This document shows, piece after piece, positions 7,633-14,438 of a stretch of DNA of 46,813 nt. Every line of letters begins with the position of its first letter. Positions within the stretch are counted from its first letter, which is position 1. The notes under the pieces are model-generated. The model was not told where the DNA came from. It searched no databases and saw nothing but the letters and a program-made list of their open reading frames with translations. Made by a program: the position numbers and the translations under genes. The stretch comes from a virus. The stretch spans positions 1-46,813 of IMG/VR virus record IMGVR_UViG_3300045988_165665; one strand, 5' to 3'.

Positions 7633-7699
7633 AATAAAATCTCCTTTTAATATACTTAATATATATATCCGTATATATTTTTTATTTTTGGCAAAATAC

Positions 7700-8707
7700 T
7701 TAATCATCTTTTAAATCATCTAAAACATCTCTGGATGATTTTAAGATGTCTTGTAGTTCTGTATTTTCTTCTTTTTTTACATCAGCTTTTTTTATTGTTG
7801 TTTTGATGTGAGCTTTTTCATCATCTTCAGCTTGAGATAACAACTCTTCTGCTGCTGGTGTTATCTTAAATTCATTTATTTTGGCAAAATCTCTTATTTC
7901 TGCATAATATCTTGCAGGAACATCCATTCCACCATTTTCCCATTTAGCATGTGGGAGTCTTTTAGCTTTTCTATATAATTCATCACTTCTAAACTCCCAT
8001 ACAATACTTATCATATCTTTATCTTTAATTATCCAACGGAAACATTCTTTTTCATATTCTCCATTTATGGCTTTTTCTCTAATAGCTTCATCCCAAATTA
8101 TGATTGGGACTCCAGCCAGTAAAAGTTTATTGCCGACTTCTGCCATTCGATCGGTAACATCTCTTTTATATGGCACTGTTTCACGATACCATACTTTACC
8201 AGACCAATCATAATGTAGACTTTTTACAGTGTTGATTACGATTTGGTCTTTTTCAGATTTTACTTTCACTTCATTAATTTCATCATCAAATATTATTTCC
8301 GCAACGACCTTAGTTTTTTGGTCGTTTGGATATACTATAGCTTCAGCTTTTGCTTCATCAATAACACTCTTTTCTTTTGGTTCTTCAAAATAAAGAGTAC
8401 TTTCGATTAGTCTTTGGAATTGAAAATAATCTTTTTCTCTATGTTCAATCCAAAAACTAGCTTTATTTTTAGATAAAATAAAGTGTTCAGCTTTTTTAAT
8501 AACCTCTTCATCCATTTCAATGAAGTATAAGCCTTTTTTAGAATTGAAAGCATAATACATAATTAGGTTTCTTGTTACCTTAGCCCTAATTTTATTTGCC
8601 CATTCTACTTGTTTTGGGCTTCCAGATAATGGAGCAATTTTATCTAAATTATCGCTAAAATTTTCAGCTATATTCATTATTTCATCAGAAAACATTTCAA
8701 CTTTCAT
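7700..8707 (-). CDS. Hypothetical 335-aa protein with acidic C-terminus, first gene of the operon
   Basis: Long ORF with AAGGAG RBS. No family recognised. Confidence 0.65.
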   Translation of the reverse strand: MKVEMFSDEIMNIAENFSDNLDKIAPLSGSPKQVEWANKIRAKVTRNLIMYYAFNSKKGLYFIEMDEEVIKKAEHFILSKNKASFWIEHREKDYFQFQRLIESTLYFEEPKEKSVIDEAKAEAIVYPNDQKTKVVAEIIFDDEINEVKVKSEKDQIVINTVKSLHYDWSGKVWYRETVPYKRDVTDRMAEVGNKLLLAGVPIIIWDEAIREKAINGEYEKECFRWIIKDKDMISIVWEFRSDELYRKAKRLPHAKWENGGMDVPARYYAEIRDFAKINEFKITPAAEELLSQAEDDEKAHIKTTIKKADVKKEENTELQDILKSSRDVLDDLKDD

Positions 8708-8721
8708 TTTTATTTATCTCC

Positions 8722-8781
8722 TTTACTTTTCCCGCAAGCAAAGGTATACTTAAAATATCTCGCTTGCGGGATATTGACAAT
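8722..8781. promoter_or_regulatory. Back-to-back promoters bracketed by the 9-bp inverted repeat CCCGCAAGC/GCTTGCGGG
   Basis: Minus strand: TTGTCA-17-TATTTT (8752-8780). Plus strand: TTTACT-17-TATACT (8722-8750). The IR arms at about 8731-8739 and 8762-8770 flank both -10 boxes. Confidence 0.45.
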
Positions 8782-8788
8782 CACTTAT

Positions 8789-8829
8789 GAGCTTAGGTAG
8801 TGCCATTACCTAGGCTCTTTTTATTTTTT
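8789..8829 (+). terminator. Plus-strand intrinsic terminator (orphan)
   Basis: 11-bp stem gagcttaggta/tacctaggctc has a G.U on plus but a C.A mismatch on minus, then TTTTTATTTTTT. Confidence 0.55.
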
Positions 8830-9177
8830 CTATGCATTAACATTATTTCCATCAGTGTACTCTTCTAAAACTCTTCTATTTTTACCTATAACAAATAAAT
8901 ATTTCAACAATTTAGGACAGTCATTTAAACAAATTGCCGTTTCTCTGTCCTCTTTTTTATTTTTTTTGGATGTAAATATCATAAAAGCCCCTTTTCTTCC
9001 AACTAAGCAAGATATATAAGCTTCTACATTATCTGCAATATTTTTGCGGTTAACATATACAGATACAATAACACTATATATATTATTTGTATCTTTTTCT
9101 CCTAATATAACTTTTACTTTTGCCCCTCTTGAGCTTACAAATTTAAAAGTTCTTTTTACTTTAATACCTTTTCTCAT
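8830..9177 (-). CDS. Hypothetical 115-aa basic protein
   Basis: ORF with AGAGGGA RBS, driven by the consensus promoter at 9289-9317. Confidence 0.6.
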   Translation of the reverse strand: MRKGIKVKRTFKFVSSRGAKVKVILGEKDTNNIYSVIVSVYVNRKNIADNVEAYISCLVGRKGAFMIFTSKKNKKEDRETAICLNDCPKLLKYLFVIGKNRRVLEEYTDGNNVNA

Positions 9178-9288
9178 GTTTATCCCTCTTTATTTTTATT
9201 TTGGTTACCACCCAATCATAGGCTATAAATTTGAATACTTTGGTTGCTACCCAACTATCAGCTATTAATTACATCATCTTATGTTTTT

Positions 9289-9317
9289 ATTATACCCTCT
9301 TTAAGAGGGTATGTCAA
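9289..9317 (-). promoter_or_regulatory. Perfect TTGACA-17-TATAAT promoter whose spacer is a 19-bp palindrome
   Basis: Minus strand reads TTGACA taccctcttaaagaggg TATAAT. TACCCTCTT-A-AAGAGGGTA is a perfect inverted repeat. Confidence 0.7.
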
Positions 9318-9330
9318 TAATATTTTGAGC

Positions 9331-9364
9331 AAAAAAATAAGCCCTACCTTTATTGGTAGGGCTT
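9331..9364 (-). terminator. Intrinsic terminator ending the small-protein cassette
   Basis: aagccctacc/ggtagggctt stem followed by a U-run on the minus strand. Confidence 0.75.
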
Positions 9365-9367
9365 TAT

Positions 9368-9889
9368 TTATAAGAGCTTAGCATCATAATTTATACGCTG
9401 AAGCTTTTCTATTTCCTTAAGAATATATTTATGTTCCTTAAATGTATCTTTGTAGAATTCCTGGAACTTGATATAATCCATGCATTGATGTTCTAACGTG
9501 TAATGCATGCATGCTAGATATAATTCCATTGTGGATTCTTCCCATTTTTTCCAGTTCTGAAAAGTTTCTTTTAAGAAATTTTTTCTATATTCTATGGTTA
9601 CTTGGTCTGGAGTATAACGCATAACTTCTTGCTGTTTAGATACTACCTGTAATTTTTCAAATTTAGGTGTTTCTAATATTTTTCCATAATTTTGCAAGTA
9701 ATAAAGTTGTGTTTCTTCAAATTTTTCTTGTTCTTCTTTTGTTTGTTCTTTATGCTTTTTACTGTAGCAATCTAAGGAGCAGAAGGCATTAAATAGCATC
9801 ATATCGTTATGGAATATAACACCTTGCATTTGGTGTTCTAAAACTTTCTGATACATTGCTTCTTTGGTCCAAGATTTTGTATCTATCAT
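9368..9889 (-). CDS. All-helical 173-aa protein, ferritin-like pattern (weak)
   Basis: ATGA coupling to the upstream gene. The pattern around EEQEKFEETQLYYLQNYGK resembles ferritin helix B-C but lacks the His. Confidence 0.55.
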   Translation of the reverse strand: MIDTKSWTKEAMYQKVLEHQMQGVIFHNDMMLFNAFCSLDCYSKKHKEQTKEEQEKFEETQLYYLQNYGKILETPKFEKLQVVSKQQEVMRYTPDQVTIEYRKNFLKETFQNWKKWEESTMELYLACMHYTLEHQCMDYIKFQEFYKDTFKEHKYILKEIEKLQRINYDAKLL

Positions 9890-10134
9890 GGTTTAATAGC
9901 CTCCTGTTTTGGATTTGTTGCAAGAATTGGATTAACTGCTTCTTGCGTTGGAGTTGGTGTTGTAGGTGGTATTGGATTCATTGCTTTAGCTGCAACATTC
10001 ATTAAAGCAGTAGCTCCTGGGACTGCTTGATTTACTGCTATATTAGCCATGCTGTTTGCTATATTTTTACCTGTTTCTGTAAAAATAAAAAATCCAGCCA
10101 AAACACCTATTAAAAAACTAGCTCCATTATTCAT
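9886..10134 (-). CDS. Small membrane protein with Pro/Thr-rich tail
   Basis: N-terminal TM segment FLIGVLAGFFIF. AGAGGTGAG RBS. Confidence 0.6.
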   Translation of the reverse strand: MNNGASFLIGVLAGFFIFTETGKNIANSMANIAVNQAVPGATALMNVAAKAMNPIPPTTPTPTQEAVNPILATNPKQEAIKP

Positions 10135-10148
10135 TTTTACTCACCTCT

Positions 10149-10517
10149 TTAGGCTGTAGCTGTACCTGTTAATTGTGGTGGTACAAAAGCTGTTGGGCAA
10201 AGATTATTAGTTTTAACAGTAGCAGATGGTGTAGCTGTATTTGCACGCAATACGTAAATTCTTCTTTTTCTAATTTGGTCTGCATATACTGGTTTACCGC
10301 ATTTATTAATAAGAGTTAAAGTATTGGATCCATTAATAATATTAATTGGCAATACACCTGCACCAGTTGGAATATCTTGGGCGATTAATAAGCAGATTTT
10401 TTGATTATCGTTTATAGTCATGGTCGGAATTGTGATTTGAAGTACAGAGCCACTAACAGCAATATCTGTGGAAGCCACTAAATTAGGGCAAACTTGACAA
10501 TTATTGATACAATTCAT
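10149..10517 (-). CDS. Cys-rich beta-rich 122-aa protein
   Basis: N-terminal CINNCQVC plus three further Cys residues. AGAGG RBS. No family recognised. Confidence 0.6.
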   Translation of the reverse strand: MNCINNCQVCPNLVASTDIAVSGSVLQITIPTMTINDNQKICLLIAQDIPTGAGVLPINIINGSNTLTLINKCGKPVYADQIRKRRIYVLRANTATPSATVKTNNLCPTAFVPPQLTGTATA

Positions 10518-10591
10518 TTTTATTACCTCTTTTCTAAATTAAAAAAGGCGGTTGTTACACCGCCTATAAAATCACGTCTATTGACGGAGCA

Positions 10592-11119
10592 TTAGCAATT
10601 TGTACAAGAATTGCAATTATTTGTATTGTATGCATATCCAGGAGGAATTGGTGTACCACAATTAATGAAACCTGCACTCCAATATGGTGGACGCTGTGGA
10701 ATGTTGCATGCTAACTGGGAAATTTTCTGGTCTAATGCAGTAAACATTCCTTCATTTTGTCTTTCTAATTGATTGAATTTATTATCATTATAAATACGAT
10801 TTTTAAGTTGTAAGTTTTCGTTTGTTACTTCATTTATTTTATCTCGTAATCCTTGGATTTGATAATAATCTACTTTATTGCCAAGTGCATTAATGCCTGC
10901 ATTGGTCATTTCTTGAGTCTGACGTGCTGTTTGTTCGATTAAATACTGTGTTCTAGCACTGTCTATAATTTCTTGTTTTTCTACTTCACAAGGTGTAGCA
11001 CCGCAACAATTTCCACGATTGCCGAAGAAATTTCCAAAACCGCCACCCATGAACATAAATAAGAGGATTAAGAAGATAATGAGTCCCCATCCACTCATTC
11101 CTGTGTTTTTTTCATCCAT
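10592..11119 (-). CDS. Membrane-anchored coiled-coil protein with Cys-rich C-terminus
   Basis: AAGGAG RBS 8 nt before ATG 11119 (the track GTG at 11128 is unlikely). TM segment WGLIIFLILLFMF, a Gly-rich stretch, then C-terminal NNCNSCTNC. Confidence 0.6.
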   Translation of the reverse strand: MDEKNTGMSGWGLIIFLILLFMFMGGGFGNFFGNRGNCCGATPCEVEKQEIIDSARTQYLIEQTARQTQEMTNAGINALGNKVDYYQIQGLRDKINEVTNENLQLKNRIYNDNKFNQLERQNEGMFTALDQKISQLACNIPQRPPYWSAGFINCGTPIPPGYAYNTNNCNSCTNC

Positions 11120-11175
11120 TAAAAACACTCCTTTATAAAATTTTTATATTATACAAGCAAAATTTGCTGTATAAG

Positions 11176-11556
11176 CTATTTTAGTTGGCTTAGACCTCGT
11201 CTAAACTTATCTAAGCCATTTGTTGTTACTGGATTATTATTACCAGCCTGTCTATTAACTTGAGTGGTGTTACCACCTGTATTTCCACCTGCTAAGGCAT
11301 CTATCTTCATTCGCATGTCATTGATATTTATACCTGCCATATTTGCTAATACTGTAGCCATAGGATTATTTAATGCTCCTTTTACTTTGGCTAAAATTGT
11401 AGAATTTATACCAGCTTGTTGTAATATATTCATTGCATCTTGCTGTGTATTAACGTTTTTGGCCATATTGCTTGCTGGTCCCCACGCTTGTTGCAATTTG
11501 CTTGCCTGCTGTGGATTTAATTTCATCATTTGTGCTATTACTTGCGGATTTAACAT
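11176..11556 (-). CDS. Q/N-rich 126-aa protein
   Basis: GAGGAG RBS 7 nt before ATG 11556. Low-complexity Gln/Asn-rich sequence. Confidence 0.6.
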   Translation of the reverse strand: MLNPQVIAQMMKLNPQQASKLQQAWGPASNMAKNVNTQQDAMNILQQAGINSTILAKVKGALNNPMATVLANMAGININDMRMKIDALAGGNTGGNTTQVNRQAGNNNPVTTNGLDKFRRGLSQLK

Positions 11557-11869
11557 TTTTTAACTCCTCTATTTCTTTATTCATTTCTTCTATTTTTGCC
11601 GATAACGCTAAATTTTGCTGATTATTATCTTTTATTTGTCGTAATAACTCTTGCATAAGCTGATTTTGCTCTTGTTGTATTTGTTCTGGTGTCTTTTCTG
11701 GAACTATTACACCTAACTCTACTAATTTGTTGTAATATTCTTCTGTTATTTTGTTTAAATCCTCATACGCTTTATTTGTTACACCGATTACAGTTTTATT
11801 TCCGTATAAGTCTTTATCACAAATTTTGTCGCCTTCAATTACATATTGTCTAAAATTTTCATACATCAT
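11450..11869 (-). CDS. 139-aa coiled-coil protein, first gene of the cassette
   Basis: GGAG RBS. The last 35 codons overlap the next gene in another frame. Confidence 0.6.
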   Translation of the reverse strand: MMYENFRQYVIEGDKICDKDLYGNKTVIGVTNKAYEDLNKITEEYYNKLVELGVIVPEKTPEQIQQEQNQLMQELLRQIKDNNQQNLALSAKIEEMNKEIEELKNVKSASNSTNDEIKSTAGKQIATSVGTSKQYGQKR

Positions 11870-11963
11870 GTTTTTTGCTCCGTTCAGTTCGTTATTTTTA
11901 GTATAAATATTTTTTATTTTTAAAAAGATTAAATAAAAGTGTAATAAAAATTAAAAAAAGGCA

Positions 11964-11993
11964 TAAAAAAAAGAAGCTACCCTAAGGTAGCTT
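11964..11993 (-). terminator. Intrinsic terminator after the 79-aa HTH gene
   Basis: aagctacc-ttag-ggtagctt stem followed by TTTTTTTT on the minus strand. The stem overlaps the stop codon. Confidence 0.75.
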
Positions 11994-12231
11994 ACTTTTG
12001 TTTTAGAACCTTGCTAACAGCATCATAAATTTGCGTTAGGTTATATTTTATTGTTTCTGGTGCTACATGTAATCTATTAGCTATTTGGAATACATGTTTA
12101 TTTTTAAAGATTTTTAGATATAATATTTTAATTTGTATTTCTGTTATTTTGGCTTCTCTTAAGATTTTCTTATAATCTTTTAGAGTTGCTGTTTTCAAAA
12201 AATTTCTTGCAATCTTCCTACTTTCTAACAT
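11992..12231 (-). CDS. Small sigma-70 region-4/LuxR-type HTH protein
   Basis: TEIQIKILYLKIFKNKHVFQIANRLHVAPETIKYNLTQIY resembles a region-4 HTH. Confidence 0.55.
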   Translation of the reverse strand: MLESRKIARNFLKTATLKDYKKILREAKITEIQIKILYLKIFKNKHVFQIANRLHVAPETIKYNLTQIYDAVSKVLKQK

Positions 12232-12242
12232 ACGAAACCCCT

Positions 12243-12752
12243 TTAAAATTTATATTTTATGCCTATAGCAACTGTTTCTTTATCCAGGTATAGCCATGTT
12301 TTTTTCACATCTGCATTTATGGCCACACCATTATTTCCTAGTCCAATTCCTATAGCATAATCACTTTGCTGGTTGGTTTCGTATTTGCTCAATAATGTCT
12401 TGGCATTCTTCAAGGATTTGGTCAAATCGTTCACTTGCTCCTGTAGCTGTGTCGATTGCTGTTTCTGCTTTTCCAATGCTGTCTTGGAGTTCTCCAACTG
12501 TATCTTGGATTGCTGTAGCTGTGTCTGCAATGTCTTGTTTTGTGTCTGTAGCTCGGTCAAGTTCTGTTCTAATTTGGTCAACTGGCTCTCTGTTATCAGA
12601 TACGTATTTTCCGCACAATAGCCAGTAGATACACAACAAAATAAGAACAAAACCGCCAAAAATAAGAACGTTTCTGCCAAAAATAAGAACGTTTGTAGCG
12701 TTCTTTTGTAAAAACTCCCAAAATTTAAGAACATATGCATACATCCATACAC
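12243..12752 (-). CDS. Overlapping +1-frame ORF: signal peptide, Q-rich coiled coil and four short beta strands ending in an OMP beta-signal
   Basis: Open for 169 codons over the same DNA. C-terminus VAIGIKYKF has hydrophobic residues at -1, -3, -5, -7 and -9. An internal ATG (Met5) shares the same SD. Confidence 0.45.
   Translation of the reverse strand: MYGCMHMFLNFGSFYKRTLQTFLFLAETFLFLAVLFLFCCVSTGYCAENTYLITESQLTKLEQNLTELQTQNKTLQTQLQQSKIQLENSKTALEKQKQQSTQLQEQVNDLTKSLKNAKTLLSKYETNQQSDYAIGIGLGNNGVAINADVKKTWLYLDKETVAIGIKYKF
12361..12744 (-). CDS. i-spanin-like protein (N-terminal TM plus charged coiled coil), 127 aa
   Basis: GAAGGTG RBS 5 nt before the ATG. TM segment VLIFGGFVLILLCIYWLLCG. 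A-ending codons typical of this genome. Lies downstream of the lysis genes. Confidence 0.6.
   Translation of the reverse strand: MYAYVLKFWEFLQKNATNVLIFGRNVLIFGGFVLILLCIYWLLCGKYVSDNREPVDQIRTELDRATDTKQDIADTATAIQDTVGELQDSIGKAETAIDTATGASERFDQILEECQDIIEQIRNQPAK
12655..12696. repeat. 2 x 21-bp tandem duplication inside the dual-coding TM region
   Basis: gccaaaaataagaacgtttct / gccaaaaataagaacgtttgt. Gives NVLIFGR-NVLIFGG in one frame and TFLFLAE-TFLFLAV in the other. Confidence 0.85.
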
Positions 12753-12758
12753 CTTCTT

Positions 12759-12968
12759 TTAAGCATCTAATTCTGTAATAATCGCTTCGTTTCTATTTTG
12801 CATTGTAATATCATCAAAATAAATTACTTGATTGCCTTGCATGAAACTAAATCTTTTAAATGTGTTTTTTAAGCTTTCATTTGGGCAATGAGATTGCGTT
12901 ACAATGCCTTTAATACGTGTTTTTTCTACTGCGTTAAGTGGATTTCTAGAATATACTAAAATTTTCAT
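12759..12968 (-). CDS. Hypothetical 69-aa protein
   Basis: GGGAG RBS. No family recognised. Confidence 0.5.
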   Translation of the reverse strand: MKILVYSRNPLNAVEKTRIKGIVTQSHCPNESLKNTFKRFSFMQGNQVIYFDDITMQNRNEAIITELDA

Positions 12969-12986
12969 GGTTTATTCTCCCTTTCA

Positions 12987-13169
12987 TTAACGTAAAAATT
13001 CCATTTTCTTTGTTTCGTCTACTCCATTTTCTACTAGTTCATTGTTTTTATCTAAAATAAATTTTAATGGAGCAAATACTACTTTGTTTTCATTTTCGTA
13101 TATGCATTTGTAGGGAATTAGATTTTCCCCTTCAACTAAATTCAAATAATCATCTTTACATAAATTCAT
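12987..13169 (-). CDS. Hypothetical 60-aa protein
   Basis: AAGGAG RBS. No family recognised. Confidence 0.5.
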   Translation of the reverse strand: MNLCKDDYLNLVEGENLIPYKCIYENENKVVFAPLKFILDKNNELVENGVDETKKMEFLR

Positions 13170-13261
13170 GTCTTATTTCTCCTTAAATTGAAATTTTATT
13201 TATTAATTAACTGTTGCATGCAGAAAATATCCTGGAAAAATAATGCAATCTAATTTCATTT

Positions 13262-13316
13262 ATCGGCTAAAATAACCGATAAAATAACCGATATAAAAAC
13301 CGATATAAAAGCCGAT
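13262..13316. repeat. Iteron-like array: four tandem 12-bp repeats (A[AT]AA[AT]A[AG]CCGAT) plus one inverted copy
   Basis: aaaataaccgat x2, ataaaaaccgat and ataaaagccgat at 13269-13316. Inverted atcgg at 13262-13266. Confidence 0.85.
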
Positions 13317-13319
13317 AAA

Positions 13320-13901
13320 TTAATAATAAATATTACAGTCTAATTGCATATTTCCAATTTGTTCATGGTCGGTATATTGCCACATTTTGCAAATACGTTC
13401 TGGATGCTCTTGTTTAAAACTATTTTCTTTATAATATTGAGCTACCCAAATTGGCACATCTAATGGCAATGGCTGTAAATCAATTACGTTAGTAAGCCAA
13501 TTATAAGAAGTATATACTCCTACATAGTTATATCCTGCTTCTCTAAGTGTATGCACAAAATTAGCTATTGGATATACTACATTTTCATCACCTTGTAGCA
13601 TATCTTTATCTTCTGCATCATACCAAATGCCAAGTGGTGGATTTTCTCCTCTTATATAAGTTTTAATCCATTGGTCTACTGTATAAGCTTCTCGTCTTGC
13701 TTCTGCTACATCTTTTGCATGACCATAATAATATAATCCATATTTCAAACCATTATTTACAGCATCATTAACATGGTCAAAAAACATTTCATCTAGGTTT
13801 GTTCTTTCTCCTAGTTTAATTATTACGCCTTCAATACCTGCATTTTTTACTACTTCCCAGTCAATATTTTCTTGCCATGCTGAAATATCTATTACTTTCA
13901 T
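13320..13901 (-). CDS. GH25 muramidase endolysin, single domain
   Basis: VIDISAWQENIDWEVVKNAGIEGVIIK...WQYT matches the GH25 pattern. No cell-wall-binding domain. AAGGAG RBS favours ATG 13901. Confidence 0.85.
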   Translation of the reverse strand: MKVIDISAWQENIDWEVVKNAGIEGVIIKLGERTNLDEMFFDHVNDAVNNGLKYGLYYYGHAKDVAEARREAYTVDQWIKTYIRGENPPLGIWYDAEDKDMLQGDENVVYPIANFVHTLREAGYNYVGVYTSYNWLTNVIDLQPLPLDVPIWVAQYYKENSFKQEHPERICKMWQYTDHEQIGNMQLDCNIYY

Positions 13902-13916
13902 AATTATCATCTCCTT

Positions 13917-14204
13917 TTAAACAGCTTCGTAAGTCTTTTTAAAAATATCTGGATTGCAAGGATAAAACTCACCATTTACACCTTTTATAATGTAATCACC
14001 AAATGAAGCGTGATGAACACCTTTAAGAGTATTTATATTTATACCATTTCCCATATATATTGACTCTAATTCATCATTTATATCTAAATCTAAATTATAA
14101 GTTGAACCTAAAAATTTTAAACAAGCTTTTATACTTTCATCATTCTTTTTTAGCTGTATAGCTTGTATGATTACTGGTTTTCTTCTATATTTTTTTATTT
14201 CCAT
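13917..14204 (-). CDS. PGDYG-like small phage protein
   Basis: C-terminal FGDYIIKGVNGEFYPCNPDIFKKTYE matches the PGDYG-type motif. Confidence 0.5.
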   Translation of the reverse strand: MEIKKYRRKPVIIQAIQLKKNDESIKACLKFLGSTYNLDLDINDELESIYMGNGININTLKGVHHASFGDYIIKGVNGEFYPCNPDIFKKTYEAV

Positions 14205-14437
14205 TATTTATTACCTCTTTTTGTAAAAATATTAGAAATTGAATTGCTTAAATTTACTCCACCAATGACAACAATTAATGTCTGTATGATACTTGTTAGA
14301 TTGTCTGTTATATCTTTTTCTAACACGTACATAACAAACATAAATAAAAAAGTGAGTACACATAATATAATTAATGCACTCACTTTTGCTTCGTTAATGG
14401 ATAAACCATCTTTGATATTAAATTTTTCTTCTTCCAT
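14204..14437 (-). CDS. Holin (two TM segments)
   Basis: 77 aa with two hydrophobic helices and a basic C-terminus. GAGGAGG RBS. Lies upstream of the lysin. Confidence 0.65.
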   Translation of the reverse strand: MEEEKFNIKDGLSINEAKVSALIILCVLTFLFMFVMYVLEKDITDNLTSIIQTLIVVIGGVNLSNSISNIFTKRGNK

Positions 14438-14438
14438 T

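Noticed and set aside
9044-9268. Plus-strand ORF 9044..9268 and similar ORFs at 14163..14510, 15350..15583, 17880..18349, 19330..19536 and 20356..20651
   Set aside because: They lie antisense to well-supported structural, lysis or orphan genes. They are hydrophobic low-complexity translations typical of AT-rich antisense frames.
12373-12628. Two plus-strand ORFs (12373..12621, 12395..12628) opposite the spanin-like locus
   Set aside because: The local T/G-rich plus strand simply lacks stop codons. The translations are Cys/Ser/Val-rich with no RBS. The coding signals (SD, TM, coiled coil, beta-signal) are on the minus strand.
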